Source: Octopus vulgaris
Taxonomy: Eukaryota
Direction: 5' to 3'
Assembly (NCBI GenBank): GCA_951406725.2
Contig: OX597816.1
Coordinates: forward strand, 37,386,001-37,450,000
DNA length: 64,000 nucleotides
Part shown: in pieces, positions 38,713 to 52,131 of the stretch
Numbering within the stretch: position 1 is the first letter of the stretch
How the letters are laid out: every line of letters begins with the position of its first letter
The notes under the pieces: model-generated
Seen by the model: only the letters and a program-made list of their open reading frames with translations
Databases searched by the model: none
Told to the model about the DNA's origin: nothing
Made by a program: the position numbers and the translations under genes

Positions 38713-39320
38713 TATAAAATACAAGGCTGGAAATTCTTAATCAATGAAATATTTATATAAATTGCATGGCAACACAGACTGAACTGTTTCGTGTGGCGGT
38801 TCTTTTCACAGAGTTCACAGTATTACTCTACTGAACTTACTAGAAGAAACAGAAACTTTTGGATAGTTCGATGTGACTTGATCTTGTCTTCTGAATATGT
38901 ATTATTTTATTTGTAAACAAAATACCACTAGACTATATGATCATTCTACAGGAACAGAATTATTATCAAGAAAATCTGCTACAATTAATAAATTTCCATT
39001 TGAATTGACCAAGAGGGTTAATACAGTCATGCTAATCTATCGGTATAGAGTTACTGATCAGACAAAAATTATAATTCGAAGATCAGTCATACCGGTATAA
39101 AATCGCGTTTAACCAAACTAGTGACTAGGCGTATATTGAAGTAGTAAAGTCGATATTTATATTCCTTATCAGTAATTCAAAACTGTTCATAAAACAAAAT
39201 CATAACAGTGAGTGATAGGGTGCACAATAAAAGTCTAATTCTGATTAGTATTATAGACACCTCAACACAACGTGGATTTACTATAGCCTAAAGAATGTTT
39301 CGGGATGCATAATGGTCTTA

Positions 39321-39529
39321 ATATAACATTCTTTCTAATGTTGGCGCAAGGTCAGCAATTTTTAAGGAGAATGGGACAAGTACATAACCGCTACTTATTT
39401 TATCGAACTCGAAAGAACTAAAAGTACAGTCGACCTCGGTGGCATTTGAACTCAGAACATTAAGAGCCAAATGAAATTCCGCTAAGCATTTTGTCAGAAG
39501 CGATAACGATTCTGCCAGCTCAATGCCCA
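39321..39529 (-). mobile_element. Diverged SINE family A with TSD AATGGTCTTA
   Basis: Homology plus a 10-bp flanking direct repeat. Confidence 0.75.
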
Positions 39530-39859
39530 AATGGTCTTATACATTTCTACATATGTGTATATATACACTGTTGTGTCTGGGGAGAGTCATTCTCTTTTAG
39601 TACCTTATTATTTAACACACTCACCGGTAAAATTTCCACTTATTTCGTCTTTTTATTTTCCTAAAATTTTCGTTGCGTCTTGCAACCTTTTCAATAGTCT
39701 TGACTCTGTCTGTTATTTACACTGCGTTGCCTTTTGTTTGTTTGTGCGCATGTGTGTGTGTGCGCTTGCATTTGTATGTATATATGTGTGTGTATGCATA
39801 TGTATGTATGTATGTATGTGTGTACATCTGTAAGTACGTATATCTGTATGTACGTATCC

Positions 39860-39903
<44 letters not shown>

Positions 39904-39904
<1 letters not shown>

Positions 39905-40540
39905 GAGGGGCGTTCAATAAGTAATGCCCCTGACCCACTTCCCATAGCAGCAGAGCAACGAAACTTGGCACAGTTATTAGTCTTTTTCTACATAGGAACC
40001 ACCCAGAGTTACGCATTTCTCCCATCGTTTGATGCGGCTCTGGAGACCGTTTTTGTAGAAGAACCCAGCTTGGTCCTCCAACCTCAACGTGATTTCAGAA
40101 ATCAAGGCTGCATCATCTGGGAAACGCTTTCCTTTGAAAAACAACTTCATGATTGGGAAGAGGTGAAAATCAGAGGGTGCAAGGTCAGGAAAGTAGGGGG
40201 GATGGGGAGGAGTTCCGACCATGTTTGAATTCACGATGCCAGCGTTTTACAAGGTCATATGATGGGGCATCATCACCATAAGTTACTTTTCATTTCATTT
40301 CAAAAGTCTCCCGTGGTGTGCGTCCTTTCAAATACAAAAACCGGATCACTGCTCGACACTCAACAGGCTCCATTTCACACTTGACTCGGTTCAAACACCT
40401 GTAAATCAGAAACCACAATTAATTCAGAGCTGTAATTTGCCACTTACTCTATAGAGATATAAATAATTGCACATGCAAAATTTCAGCTAGATCAAACAAC
40501 TGCAAGTGGGTCAGAGGCATTACTTATTGAACGTCCCTCG
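39904..40540 (-). mobile_element. Internally deleted mariner with both TIRs
   Basis: TA-CGAGGGGCGTTCAATAAGTAATGCC...GGCATTACTTATTGAACGTCCCTCG-TA; PHPPYFPDLAPSDFHLF...RWEKCV motifs. Confidence 0.93.
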
Positions 40541-40812
40541 TATATATATATATATATTGATTACATATGTATATTGACTGATTGCTTTAGACTTCATATA
40601 TATGTATGAAGTCTAAATCTGTTCAATCAAAATATATATGTAAAAATGGTTCCACCATACATAGAGAATTACTCAATGTATCTATACTACATGTTATATT
40701 ATTTATCTAATATAAACAGATTGTTTTGTTAATGATAATAAAACTTTCTATGGGTAAAACCAATTTTAGTGAAATATTACAATTAACTATTACTTCCTTG
40801 AATGTAAAATCA

Positions 40813-41745
40813 TCATTGTTATCATCATCACCATTTAACGTCCGTTTTCCATACTGACATGAGTTAGACGACTTGACAGGAACTGGTAAGGCCAGAGGCA
40901 GCACCAGATTCCATAGCCTGCTTTAGCTTGGTTTCTACGATTGGATGCTCTTCCTAACGCCAACCACTCCACAGAGTGTAGTGGGTGCACTTTTTGTGTG
41001 GCACCATCACCAGTGCTTTTTAAGTAGCACCAGCACCAGTGCCTTTTTATGTGACGCCTGCACCCACACCGATGGTTTTCACGAGGCACCTAGGTTTTAG
41101 GATGTCATTTTTGTTGTGGTGGGTGAGTCATCTTGAGTACAGGAATACAAATCATAGCTCGGTCCTCTGACATCTTCGTAAGGTTCAGTATTTTGAGATC
41201 AGCCTTCAATACTGTGACCCATGTCTTCCTCGGTTTCCCTCTTCTACAACTTCCCTCGGTACTTCTTTACACAACTGTCCTCATCCATCCGCATCATGTG
41301 ACAAAACTAGCGCAGTCTCCTTTGTGGTCTATATGGCTCCTCTGTATTTGTGGCCTTTAAGGCTTCCGTACATCTTGCACATACGAACACAACTTTTTTT
41401 CTGTTAACCTTCCAACTATTCCACTGCACCACTTGTGTGTCCAGAGCTTGCACTGGGTACACCGAATGGAATTTCTACCTACATCCTTCCTACATATCGA
41501 GCAGAGCCATTTACCGGAAGGGCGAAGAGTCCTGTCCAATTCTTTGTTTACTAAGACCTTGGTCTTTGCTAAGTTTACTTTAAGACCCTTTGATTCCAGA
41601 TTCTGATTCCACACCTGGAATTTCTTTTCTGATTCGGTTACCAGTTGTGCTATGAGGACAAGATCATCAGCATATAGGAGCATCCATAAATTTCCAGTCT
41701 TATATTCCTCTGTTATGGCCTGGAGAATGATTTTGGAGAACGGAT
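40813..41745 (-). mobile_element. RTE-clade LINE fragment (RT and 3' tail)
   Basis: LLYADDLVLIA...GLKVNLAKTK...CSICRKDVGRNSIRCTQC; (GAT)n tail. Confidence 0.8.
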
Positions 41746-42069
41746 GATTTTGGGACTCGAAACCATATTTCCTGTAAACATGATAGACGTTCTACAATAT
41801 TTACAAGTTACTATTTAAAGCTTTATCTGCTTCGAGGCCCACAGTTCCAAACATCCTCACAACCTCCTGGTACGACGATTTTCATCTGCCTCTGATGTAT
41901 ATTCTACTTTTAGATACAGTGTGTCCATAACAAGGATTATTTCCGGACGAAAGCTGCAGTTAATTTGCTCTTTGCGATACGTTAACATTAAGTATGGTAC
42001 ACAGATTACTATTTTAATCTTATACTGCTTCTGTTTCATATAACAGATATGTAAATATGCATATGTGTG

Positions 42070-42101
<32 letters not shown>

Positions 42102-42209
42102 TGTATGTATGTATGTATGTATGTATGTATGTATGTATGCATGTATGTATGTATGTATGTATGCACGTATGTATGTATGTATGTATGTATTTATGTATGT
42201 ATGTATGTA

Positions 42210-42415
42210 TATCTTTTGGTGGGAACGGGAGATCTCGAAGCAAATAAAGCTATAAATAATAAATATTGGATCAAAAAACCTTTGGATGGAAAAACCGAAA
42301 GCTTCTCTTTAGGACTCGAATCTACATCTCCTGTAAACATGACAGACGTTCTGCCAATATTTACAAGTTACCATTTATAGCTTTATCCGCTCCGAGATCC
42401 ACACTTCCGAAACAT
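42210..42415 (-). mobile_element. Short element with inverted ends and an internal tRNA-like segment; partial copy at 41750-41855
   Basis: GATCTCGAAGCAAATAAAGCTATAAAT...ATTTATAGCTTTATCCGCTCCGAGATC; minus-strand B-box-like GATTCGAGTCC. Confidence 0.5.
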
Positions 42416-42466
42416 AAGTCTTTCATACTCTCTTGAAGATCATAAATTGTGTGTGTGTGTGTGTGT

Positions 42467-42497
<31 letters not shown>

Positions 42498-44057
42498 GTG
42501 TGTGTATAGTGGGTATGTGGATGGTGACCAGACATATTCAGCGTATTAACAGATCAGTATTACTTTTCTCCAACTTAATTAGCTCATATAAGGCAGTACG
42601 TTAGGAAACAAATGCATATGTAATATGGGTCCGCAAATCAAGCATAAAATGGAGGAAACTCAAGTACACCTAATTTACAATATTCATAATTGCAATTATA
42701 GTAGTTATGATACCAGTCGCTGCAAGCTTACTGCATGAGTGTTTACTGACATCACCATATACACTACGGAAGTCTATTTTCCGTGTATATAGCTAAACGA
42801 TAATTAAGCTACTTCGAGTTTATGCTGATTTTTGCATAATGATATTTGCTTCTAATGAAACTACGTTTTTTTCTGTTTATTTTCTCTTATATTCTAGTAC
42901 CATCTGTCTTTTTTATTAATATTTCAAGTTGTCAATAAATATCGATTTGTACTTTAATGTCGGACACCTTACTGACCCTGCAATTTACCTCATTTAGGCT
43001 TAAGTTTTAAGTATATTAAAAATAATAATATTGGTAGTTCTGTTTCACACTGACTTTTATTGCACACTTTCAACAAAAGCATTAACGAAATATTGTACTA
43101 TATTTGTTTTTAAGTATTTTAGATTTTCTTCTTTTTACTCTTTAACGACTATCGATATTCGTTATAATTTTCTATATTATGTTTTTGTCATAAATTTTAC
43201 TGCTTTCGTTGGTGTTTTTTGCCTGATATTTTATAATTGTTTGTTTATACATAGCCTTTTGATTGTTTTGTTATCTTTTGTTCACTTGAATATATGCAAG
43301 CTTAATTACGAGATGACTATTCATATCATTCTAAATATGAGCCACATGAGGTCGAAACGAAGCGTATCAACCGTCAAAATAATGATCATATATATATAGT
43401 GTGTGTGTGTGTCTGTCTGTTTGTGTATGCCTATATATATATGTTCGTCGGTGAGATATGATTGCATATATCTACATATAACATTCAACACATGCACCCA
43501 CTAACTACCAAATGAAAATAACATTTTTGTACCAATAACATTAGCGGTAGTCATTTCTGACACGGAAACATAGCTTGCCAGATCACGCAACACAACCCAA
43601 CCCACACAGTTACACAATCTCCATTCCAACTGCCAGCCAAAATCTTACAACAGAAATTTTCCTACTTACCAACTCAGAGGATCTTCCATTTCTAGATTAT
43701 TAATATATACAGCATAAATAAAACATGTGGACGGTAGTTAAAAGCAATACAGGGGATAAACTGCGAACAATTTTAAAAGTAGTTATTAATAGCAAATATA
43801 AACGTTGCGACAATGAACCAAGAAAACTCAACGGATTTTACCCAATTTCTATGGATACACATGTACCACGGACTGAAACCTGGTCCAAAGCCTCAAAACG
43901 TTAAAACAGCAGCTACATTCCTTAGCAGAAAATGACATATATTTATATAGTTACTTTTATCGGGATAAATTGTGAGGAGACAGTTTTCATGAATCAAATC
44001 CCAATTAGATTCAACAAGCGTTGCTTGCTCGCTGTCTTTATAATAATCGAATGTATA

Positions 44058-44273
44058 TAAGGCGGAAGCTAGCAGAAACGTTAGCAGGCTGAGCAAAATG
44101 CTTAGCGGTATTTCGTATATCTTTACGTTCTGAGTTCAAATTCCGCTGAGGTCGACTTTCCCTTTCATCCTTTCGGAGCCGATACATTAAGTACCAGTTG
44201 TGTACTGGGGTCGATCTAATCGACAGGCCCCCTCTCCCCACAAATGTCGGACCTTGTGTCTAGAATAGAAAAG
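44058..44273 (+). mobile_element. SINE family A variant with a 16-bp TSD
   Basis: AATAATCGAATGTATA at 44042-44057 and 44274-44289. Confidence 0.9.
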
Positions 44274-44573
44274 AATAATCGAATGTATAATGTACATGGC
44301 GTTTGAGCTAAATTTGACGATTCACATAAAAGGAAAACAAAACACAATAACCCAAACAAAAATGAGTGTATTTTATTTAAATCAAAAGATATCAATGAGA
44401 TTATGCCTGGAAGATACCAGTTTACTCAACGTAACCCGACTCAGTTTCCACCGCGAGCTCAAGACGGTTCCGGAACCTAGCACAAAATGAGTGCTAGTCT
44501 AGCATTGAGGTTGATGTCATCGAAAAGCCCGTTCGTCCCAAAATTTCAGATCTTGTACTTTTTATAGAAAGGA

Positions 44574-44955
44574 CTAGCAGTGTCGCCCGGCGTTGCTCAG
44601 GTTTGTAAGGGAAATAACTATAAAGCATTTTTAGAGAGTTATAGCCAAAAAATAGCAAAAAAATGGAAAAAAAATGATGGTAAATTTTTTTGAGAGTTAA
44701 AAAGGTGGAGTTGCGTCCCCTAGACGGTCTGTGGTTTGGGTTTCTGATTCTCGACCCCATGTCGAATTTATCGATTTTTTTCAGAACTGGGGGAACTTTT
44801 CAAAATTTTCGCTGCGTTAGTTTTGAATTATGACATTGGGCTATGTGTGTGTCAAGTTTCATCAGAATCGGTTGAAAGCCGTGGTCAGAGTGAGGGTACG
44901 AGAAAACAGACACACAGAAAACGCACAGACAAACTGCCGTTTATATAGAGAGAGA
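44574..44955 (-). mobile_element. Non-autonomous Helitron; 3' end shared with 31322-31717
   Basis: CTAGCAGTGTCGCCCGGCGTTGCTC on the + strand; 5' TCTCTCTCTATATAAA on the minus strand. Confidence 0.85.
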
Positions 44956-44984
44956 TTATCAGCACTATAACTTTCTTTTGTTTG

Positions 44985-45017
<33 letters not shown>

Positions 45018-45027
45018 TGTATGTATG

Positions 45028-45061
<34 letters not shown>

Positions 45062-45239
45062 TGTATGTATGTATGTACGTACGTATGTATGTACTACGTA
45101 TGTATGTCATTATTCAGTTTTATTTCAAGATTTCTTCTCAATAGAGAAAAAGACAATTTCTAACCTAGATCCAAGGCTCCTTCATTGGAATTTTAACTTC
45201 AACAACAGAGTATTTTTGTTTGTATGTATGTATGTATGC

Positions 45240-45262
45240 AGACAGACAGACAGGCAGACACC

Positions 45263-45333
<71 letters not shown>

Positions 45334-45420
45334 GTGGGTAGGTAGGTAGGTAGGTAGGTAGGTAGGTAGGTCGGTAGGTAGGTAGGTAGGTAGGTAGGTA
45401 GGTAGGTAGGTAGGTAGGTA
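45240..45420. repeat. (CAGA)n-(GATA)n-(GGTA)n compound microsatellite
   Basis: Directly visible. Confidence 0.95.
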
Positions 45421-46210
45421 TATATTTATAGATAGATATACTACATGCACATACGTCTATATATATATATATATACCTACATAGATATATTCACACATAC
45501 ACTCACACACACATAATTATATAAATGAATGTGTGTGTGCGCGCGCGTGTGTGTGTGCGCGCGTGTGTGTGTACTTAATACATTGTTGCATATTTAAAAA
45601 AATGTTTCTATTGAATTGTAAGTGCGAATTTCACATTTCATAGCAATGATGTGTTTGAGCTATTTAACACTAGAATAATTTTACTGCAAAGATATTTGTT
45701 TGAAAATATAGAAAAAATCTATTTAAGTTATTCACTAACATTACAACTTAGTATTTCGAATTCTCTCAATATTTTTTCAATCATTTCCGCTGAATGTCAC
45801 CAGCTATAGAATATATTCGTATTTTAATAATTCCAATAGTTTTTTACAAAACAAACTTGTGATTCATATATGTAAATATAAAAATATAATACACACGCAC
45901 TTACACATAGATTTATAGATACACGGCTACATTTACATACATACACCCACAAAGCACTGTAGACAGAAATAGACAGACAGAAAAACAGAGACTTGACGGT
46001 TTTGATGAGGTATATTCGTGACATGGTGTCTTGGGTATTGTTAGACCTAGCGAATCCCGTCTCTCTTCAGCGCACTTCCGGAAAGAGACACAGGCAGACA
46101 GGGAAAAAGAGAGAGAAAGAGGAGAAACGAACTCAGTGCAGAGCTGATAAATTGTTCATTTACCCTGACAGGATAAAAGGCAAATAATTGCTGACAAATA
46201 GTTAACTTTG

Positions 46211-47027
46211 TTACCGTATTTGCAGTCGTATAAGATGAAGACGCATCCCTATTTTACAAGTATATTTTGTGCTAAAACAAATTTAGTGTTTCACGATAGA
46301 TTTATTGAAAGAGGTTTTGTAGGAGGTATGTATGAATCTGTGCATGTAAATACAAAAGTATGTCAGTGTACTGGAATAAACTGTGTGTCCATACATGAAC
46401 TGCGTCATGGAAACATCCTGTCTCAGCCTTATATCCTCTCAGATCAGCTATGTAGTTGTTTATATTTTAGTCAAGAGAATTGCCATTCAGGGTATAAAAT
46501 TAGTACTTCTGGCAATGATATTGTGTTATTACTACAATCGACTACCAAGATCGGAACCCTAGATGGAATTTTGTTGCCATCCACTCATTACAAATAGCTG
46601 ACAGGTGGATGAAAGTTTGCTAACATTGCATTCATCTTTATAGAACATTTTTAGATAATAATCAATTGTGTCTCAGAATAAAAAGATTGTAACAACATTA
46701 TTAAACAATGTAAGACATATATCAGGTGTAGGTTATGTATGCTGTGGAGGGAGGTACAGTGAGAGGATGTAACCTTCCCACGTAACGACCGTCATACTGT
46801 AACTTTTCGTAAGTTTGTGCAACCTGTTTGTGATATTTTGGCTCGATTCCAATATTTTATTAGTAACAGAAATTATTGTGCCAAGTGGACTTACGTTCAC
46901 CCTGTTCTCTAGCCGGCGACATTTGGTCTCCCTTCCGTAATACGACCGAATTAGACGCAGAGCAAATTTTTATACGTGTAAAAATATTTTTGAAACAGCG
47001 CACCTTATACACTGGTAGATGTGGTAT
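46211..47027 (+). mobile_element. Degenerate pogo-like DNA transposon
   Basis: TIR-like ends TACCGTATTTGCAGTCGTATAAG and CTTATACACTGGTAGATGTGGTA; only weak transposase-like residues inside. Confidence 0.45.
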
Positions 47028-47363
47028 TTCATTGAACGTGCAAAGCCATTTCCTACCTTTCCCATCTCCAGTATGTTGATACTAAATGAAGAAAATGGCA
47101 GGGATCAACTCTCATGTTTCCAAAGTGTTTTATGCAAGCTTTGAGGAGTGCGACAAAAATTGGAGTATCGAGAGAATGGAAACCGTGTGTATCGAACAGG
47201 TTTCTTCTCAAGGAGTATGCAGCTTGCTGGTTCATTTTGTCAGTCAGTTAGATAACTTTTGTGGGTACAGTCTATGATGTTTATCTGTTGGATATGTAAG
47301 CAACTGTTTGATATTATTCCAGTTGCACTTTATAGATATTCAGCAATCACTGTTGTTGTTGGT

Positions 47364-47400
<37 letters not shown>

Positions 47401-47688
47401 GGCCTCTAATCAGCTGTGACTCTGCAGATGCATTACCAACGGTGTTCCCACCTTTATCCATAATTTTGTGTATAGAGGACTATATCAATTATTGTTTCTA
47501 TACCTTTTTTGTAGTACCACATTGTGTAGATTGAGTGAGATTTGTCTGCTATTTCAAGCAGGTAGGACGCCGGCACAAAGCTTCCTTCCTTCAGAGCAGA
47601 AGTATTCTCTGTCAATGAAGATAAATCACGCTCCATATTTTTACTTATGATAAATACGTGTAGTAGCCAATAGGATCCGTCAACATAT

Positions 47689-47860
47689 ACGAGGGGTGCT
47701 GAAAAGTTCCTGGCTTAGGGTAAAAGAAAATACAGGAGGATCAATTAATTATGATTTTATTTAACATATTCCCTTCTCAGATTCACACACTTATTACAGC
47801 GGTCCTTCAGTTTTTCTAAGCCCTGTAAAAGAACTCGGAAGGTTTGGCCTTTCGCGACAC
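47689..47860. mobile_element. Mariner terminal fragment
   Basis: TA-CGAGGGGTGCTGAAAAGTTC TIR-like start. Confidence 0.6.
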
Positions 47861-49269
47861 CCTAAATTATGTAAATACAAACATACTCAAATGGCATTTG
47901 AAATATTTCTTATTTCTTTGGTTACATTTTTATGTGAAGTTTCAGAAACTAGTTATTATTGCTAGATTTAACATTTGCTTTTCAACAGCCTTGAATTAAG
48001 GGGTTTTTAAGGCTTCCTTAACTTTGTTTATTCCATCTTTCTTTCGAAATTCTTACTGAAAGGGCAAACTTATATCAATATAGATTAAACGCTTACTATT
48101 TGGAATAAATATGTCAAATTGTCCAAATGCAATTGGACATTTAAACTTAACAGCAGCAACATATATCTTTTCTAACTTGCCTACCCGTATGTAAAGAAGA
48201 ATATATTCTTTAACACTCGAATATTAACAGGAATAACATTTCAGTTTTGTCAGTTCATTTGATTAAATTCCTCTAGAATAAAATTAGTTTATTTTGAGGT
48301 TTTAGTTGCTGTTGTTGTTTGTAAGTTTGTTTGTTTTTTTGTTGTTGTTAGGGGTTTTTGTGCTCTCAGAAATCAAGGTCTCATTCTATATCTGAATTTG
48401 ACAACTTGACATCTAAATATATTTTGTTATAAATATGATATTTTGGCAGCGAATTAAAGATGGAGACAAAAAGAAAATAACACGCGACACGGGGAGTAAA
48501 GAAAAAGAAACAATGTAAAATCATATGAATCTTTGGGGATCTTCTGTTAAGATGTTAAAGCTAGCTAGGGGAAAATATAATTGCAGCAAGAAAAAAAAAG
48601 AAAGAAAACTAAATGTATTAGCAAAACAGAATAAACATGTCAATTATATTCCAACTGTATCAAGAACATATTTAAATGTAGTTATGAAATCTTTTAAAAT
48701 TTAGCGAGATTTCTATATATATATTACCGTTTGAAACGATTACATTCTTTCTGAACAAAGAAGGTTTTAGAATACATAAAACGTATGCTTCGTGTGAAAG
48801 AAATTATGCTACAGTTTATGAAAACTTAGAAAAAGCGAGAGGCTCCTTACAATGCAATTTTGTCAAACTATAAGCTTCTCGAATCAAGAAATCGTTAGAG
48901 TGGGATTAAATGGATTTTTAATAACCTCAAGGGATAGGTAGAATAGTTTGGAGCTGTATATGATGTTTACATGAGATATTTGATCAGCAAAACAAGGTTT
49001 CCTTTATATGGAAACATATATTACTGGACTTAACTAACAACTCAATTCTACAATACGATGCATTTCTGTATATGAGTAATTCTAACATCCTTAGTGACAG
49101 CATAGCTTATTCTTAGTCCTATTCTGATCAGCAGCATACCTACGATAAGATGTTCAGAAATGGATATTTCGTGAAAGGAGAAAACTCATTATATCACATT
49201 CAAAATTTTGTTAAGAAATTCACTGATAAAGCGCTAGAGAAATCATTTGATTTCTTTTGCTGGTTTGAC

Positions 49270-50202
49270 TCATATGTGTGTTTATGTGTGTGTGTGTGCG
49301 AGTGTGTGTGTGTATGTGTGTGTGTATGTTTTTGTGTGTGTGTGGGTGTGGGTGTGGGTGTGTGTGTGGGTGTGAGTGTGTGTGTGAGTGTGTGTGTGTG
49401 AGTGTGTGTGTGTGTAGGTAAAAATCACACAAACAACACGAGTAAAATTTGAGGCAAAGAGGAAGCAAACAAGATATACTACGCTGAGAAGGACTAGCGA
49501 AAGCATGTAAGTGAAAGTGAAAGTGAAAGCGAAAAAAAATAAACAAGAAACAAGTTTACAGTTAAGCTCATTACACCGAAAGAAGAAACAGAAGAGAAAA
49601 TGATGTTTCGAGTGATAACCTTTCTGAAGAAGAAAAAAAAAATAATGGCGAGGCAAGAGAAAGAGAAAGCATACACTACCAAGTAAAACGTCTGCCCATG
49701 CGCGTGTGTGCGTGTGTGTGTGTGTGTGTGTGCGTGTGTGTGCGTGTGTGTGAGTGTGTGTGTCTGTGTGTGTGAGTGTGTGCGTGTGTGAGTGTGTGTG
49801 TGTGTGATTGTGTGTGTGAGTGTGTGTGTAGTGTGTGTGTGTGTGATTGTGTTAGTGTGTGTGTGAGTGTGTGTGTGTGTGTGTGTGATTGTGTGTGTAT
49901 GTGTGTGTGTGTGTGTGAGTGTGTGTATGTGTGTGTGTGCGTGTGTATGCATGTGTGTGTGAGTGTGTATGTACGTGTGTGTGTATGTGAGTGTGTGTGT
50001 GTGTGTGCGTGTGTGTGTGAGTGTGAGAGTGTGTGTGTGTGATTGTGTGTGTGTGATTGTGTGTGTGTGTGTGCGTGTGTGTGTGTGTGTGTGAGTGTGT
50101 GTGTGATTTTGTGTGTATGTGTATGTGGGTGTGTGTGTGTGAGTGTGTGTGTATGTGCGTGTGTGTGTGTGTGTGTGCGTGTGTGTGTGCGTGTGTGTGT
50201 GC
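49270..50202. repeat. Long degenerate (TG)n tracts (49270-49415 and 49700-50202)
   Basis: Directly visible. Confidence 0.95.
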
Positions 50203-51260
50203 AACAGGCAACGCAATACTGCTCAATGTATTCGCAAGTCAGAGACTTCAGTGAACACGTAGCGAAAATATCACGCAGTAAGAGAGATTCTGAACTTACG
50301 TGATTGCTTGGAGTTCAAAAATAAAACATCGTATTCCCTAATAAATGAATAAATGAATGAAATAATTAATGACTTAATTGAACATTAATTCTAGAGCTAT
50401 GTATAAATAGCAGTTTTATAGACTCGTGCCGTTGTCGCTACCATTCCTGTTTATCAAAATTTATTAGAATTGTAGCAACGGTTGTTTCATAAAATACTAA
50501 TATAATTTTCATCAAGCTACTTTGATAAACTGATGAAGTGGTGACGGTGAATCTCTGCCGTTAGGGGTTGAGAATTCAGTTACTCGATCAACTGAATTAT
50601 CTGTCCGGAATAAAAGTATAAAGGTAATAGTCTATCCGAATTAGTAGAATATAATATTTATCCCATGCCAGCGAATTTCTTACACACACACTACTCTGGG
50701 TTTCTCGTACGTAACGGCTTTGACCTTACGGCGTATCGTCAGACCCCAGCTTTCAAACACATTTACCTCAAGTACAACAGTATTCAATCTAAATGCAGGC
50801 AGGTTTAAACACTAATTCTGAAATTAAACTACAAGAAATATAAATCTATGTACATCTGTATCGGTATTAATTGTAAACCTACAATAACTAAATTATTTAC
50901 TAAATAGCGACCAATCTTTAAGTCCATACAAATAATAATCCCACCAATTTTCCATAGTTACTAAGAAAAAGAAAGTGAACGTTTTATTTCAATTCTCTCC
51001 AAAATAAATTACGATTGAATATAATTTAACGAAGTATAACAAACTGAGCATTCCATAGACATATGTAATCTTGGCGTGATTTTAAAGTTGAATCAGCTTA
51101 ACTGTGTGACAAGATTTGACCTTTTGAACCATTGATGCAATCCAACCAGTTGGCTTCTGCGTATGGCCTGTTTATCAGCTTTCTCTCGCAAGGTAATAGT
51201 CTATCCGAATTAATAGAATATAATATTTATCCCATGCCAGCGAATTTCTTCCACACACAC

Positions 51261-52015
51261 TACTCTGGGTTTCTCGTACGTAATGGCTTTGACCTTACGG
51301 CGTATCGTCAGACCCCAAACTAGTTGGTCTAAGACCTCATCAAAATCTTCTAAAATGCAAACATGGTCCGAAAATCTTCGTTCTGGAGTTAAATATGCTC
51401 CCTGGTACGAGCTAGTCCTTTAGGATTCTCGCGCGTTCAGCAATGCATAACTTGCAACATTTCGTCCCGTTGATTTAGGGGCTTCAATTTTCGAGGATTT
51501 TCCATGGGATCGAATAAGGTATCCCGTTGTCTCTTAGTTGCCAGACGTGACTGGTCAGCGATATTACGTATCTCCTTTCCGGGACTCTGAAGGAGGGCAA
51601 ATGGTTGGAAAGACGTTGTTTGAGAGAATTCCCAGTACATCCCACGTATTTCCGTGGGCGCGTGATGTCGGTGTTACACCTTTCCGACCATGTTTGCATT
51701 TTAAAAGATTCCTGCTAGCATTTAGGAATCCGCAAGGTGATGGCACAGCCGGAAGTCGACAGCCAAGGCTAAAGAGAGACAATCGTTTACCTTCGTGATT
51801 TTGGTGACCACAGCATGGCGGCGCGGTCGGAACTCGATAGCCAATGGCAAAAGGAGATAATCACCTGTCGTTTACCTTTAGCTAGACATTTCCCCCTCCA
51901 TATTTTTATGAGATCTTAGGCCAACAGGTTTGGGGTCTGACGATACACCGCAAGGCCAAACTTCTTATGGATGAGAAACACAGGGTAACCCCATAAACTG
52001 GCCTCCCCCATTATA
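51261..52015 (-). mobile_element. PLE 3' fragment (GIY-YIG remnant) with a 5' inverted terminal repeat
   Basis: KYVGCTGNSLKQRLSNH...LTSHVWQLRD...WKIL; 51261-51346 is inverted relative to 51902-51987. Confidence 0.85.
51931..51993 (+). ncRNA. Type I hammerhead ribozyme with a canonical core
   Basis: TGGGGT-CTGACGA-[stem II]-GAAA-C-ACAGG-GTA-ACCCCA; 6-bp stem I; GUA at 51985-51987. Confidence 0.8.
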
Positions 52016-52050
<35 letters not shown>

Positions 52051-52072
52051 TGTATGTATGTATGTATGTATG

Positions 52073-52131
<59 letters not shown>

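Noticed and set aside
43305-43372. GTC-GAAAC-GAAGC-GTA-TCAA half-hammerhead
   Set aside because: The CUGANGA box is not recoverable upstream.
47053-47235. ORF with LFDTHGF, vaguely like an LTR integrase
   Set aside because: DDE motif context is not recoverable; similarity is too weak.
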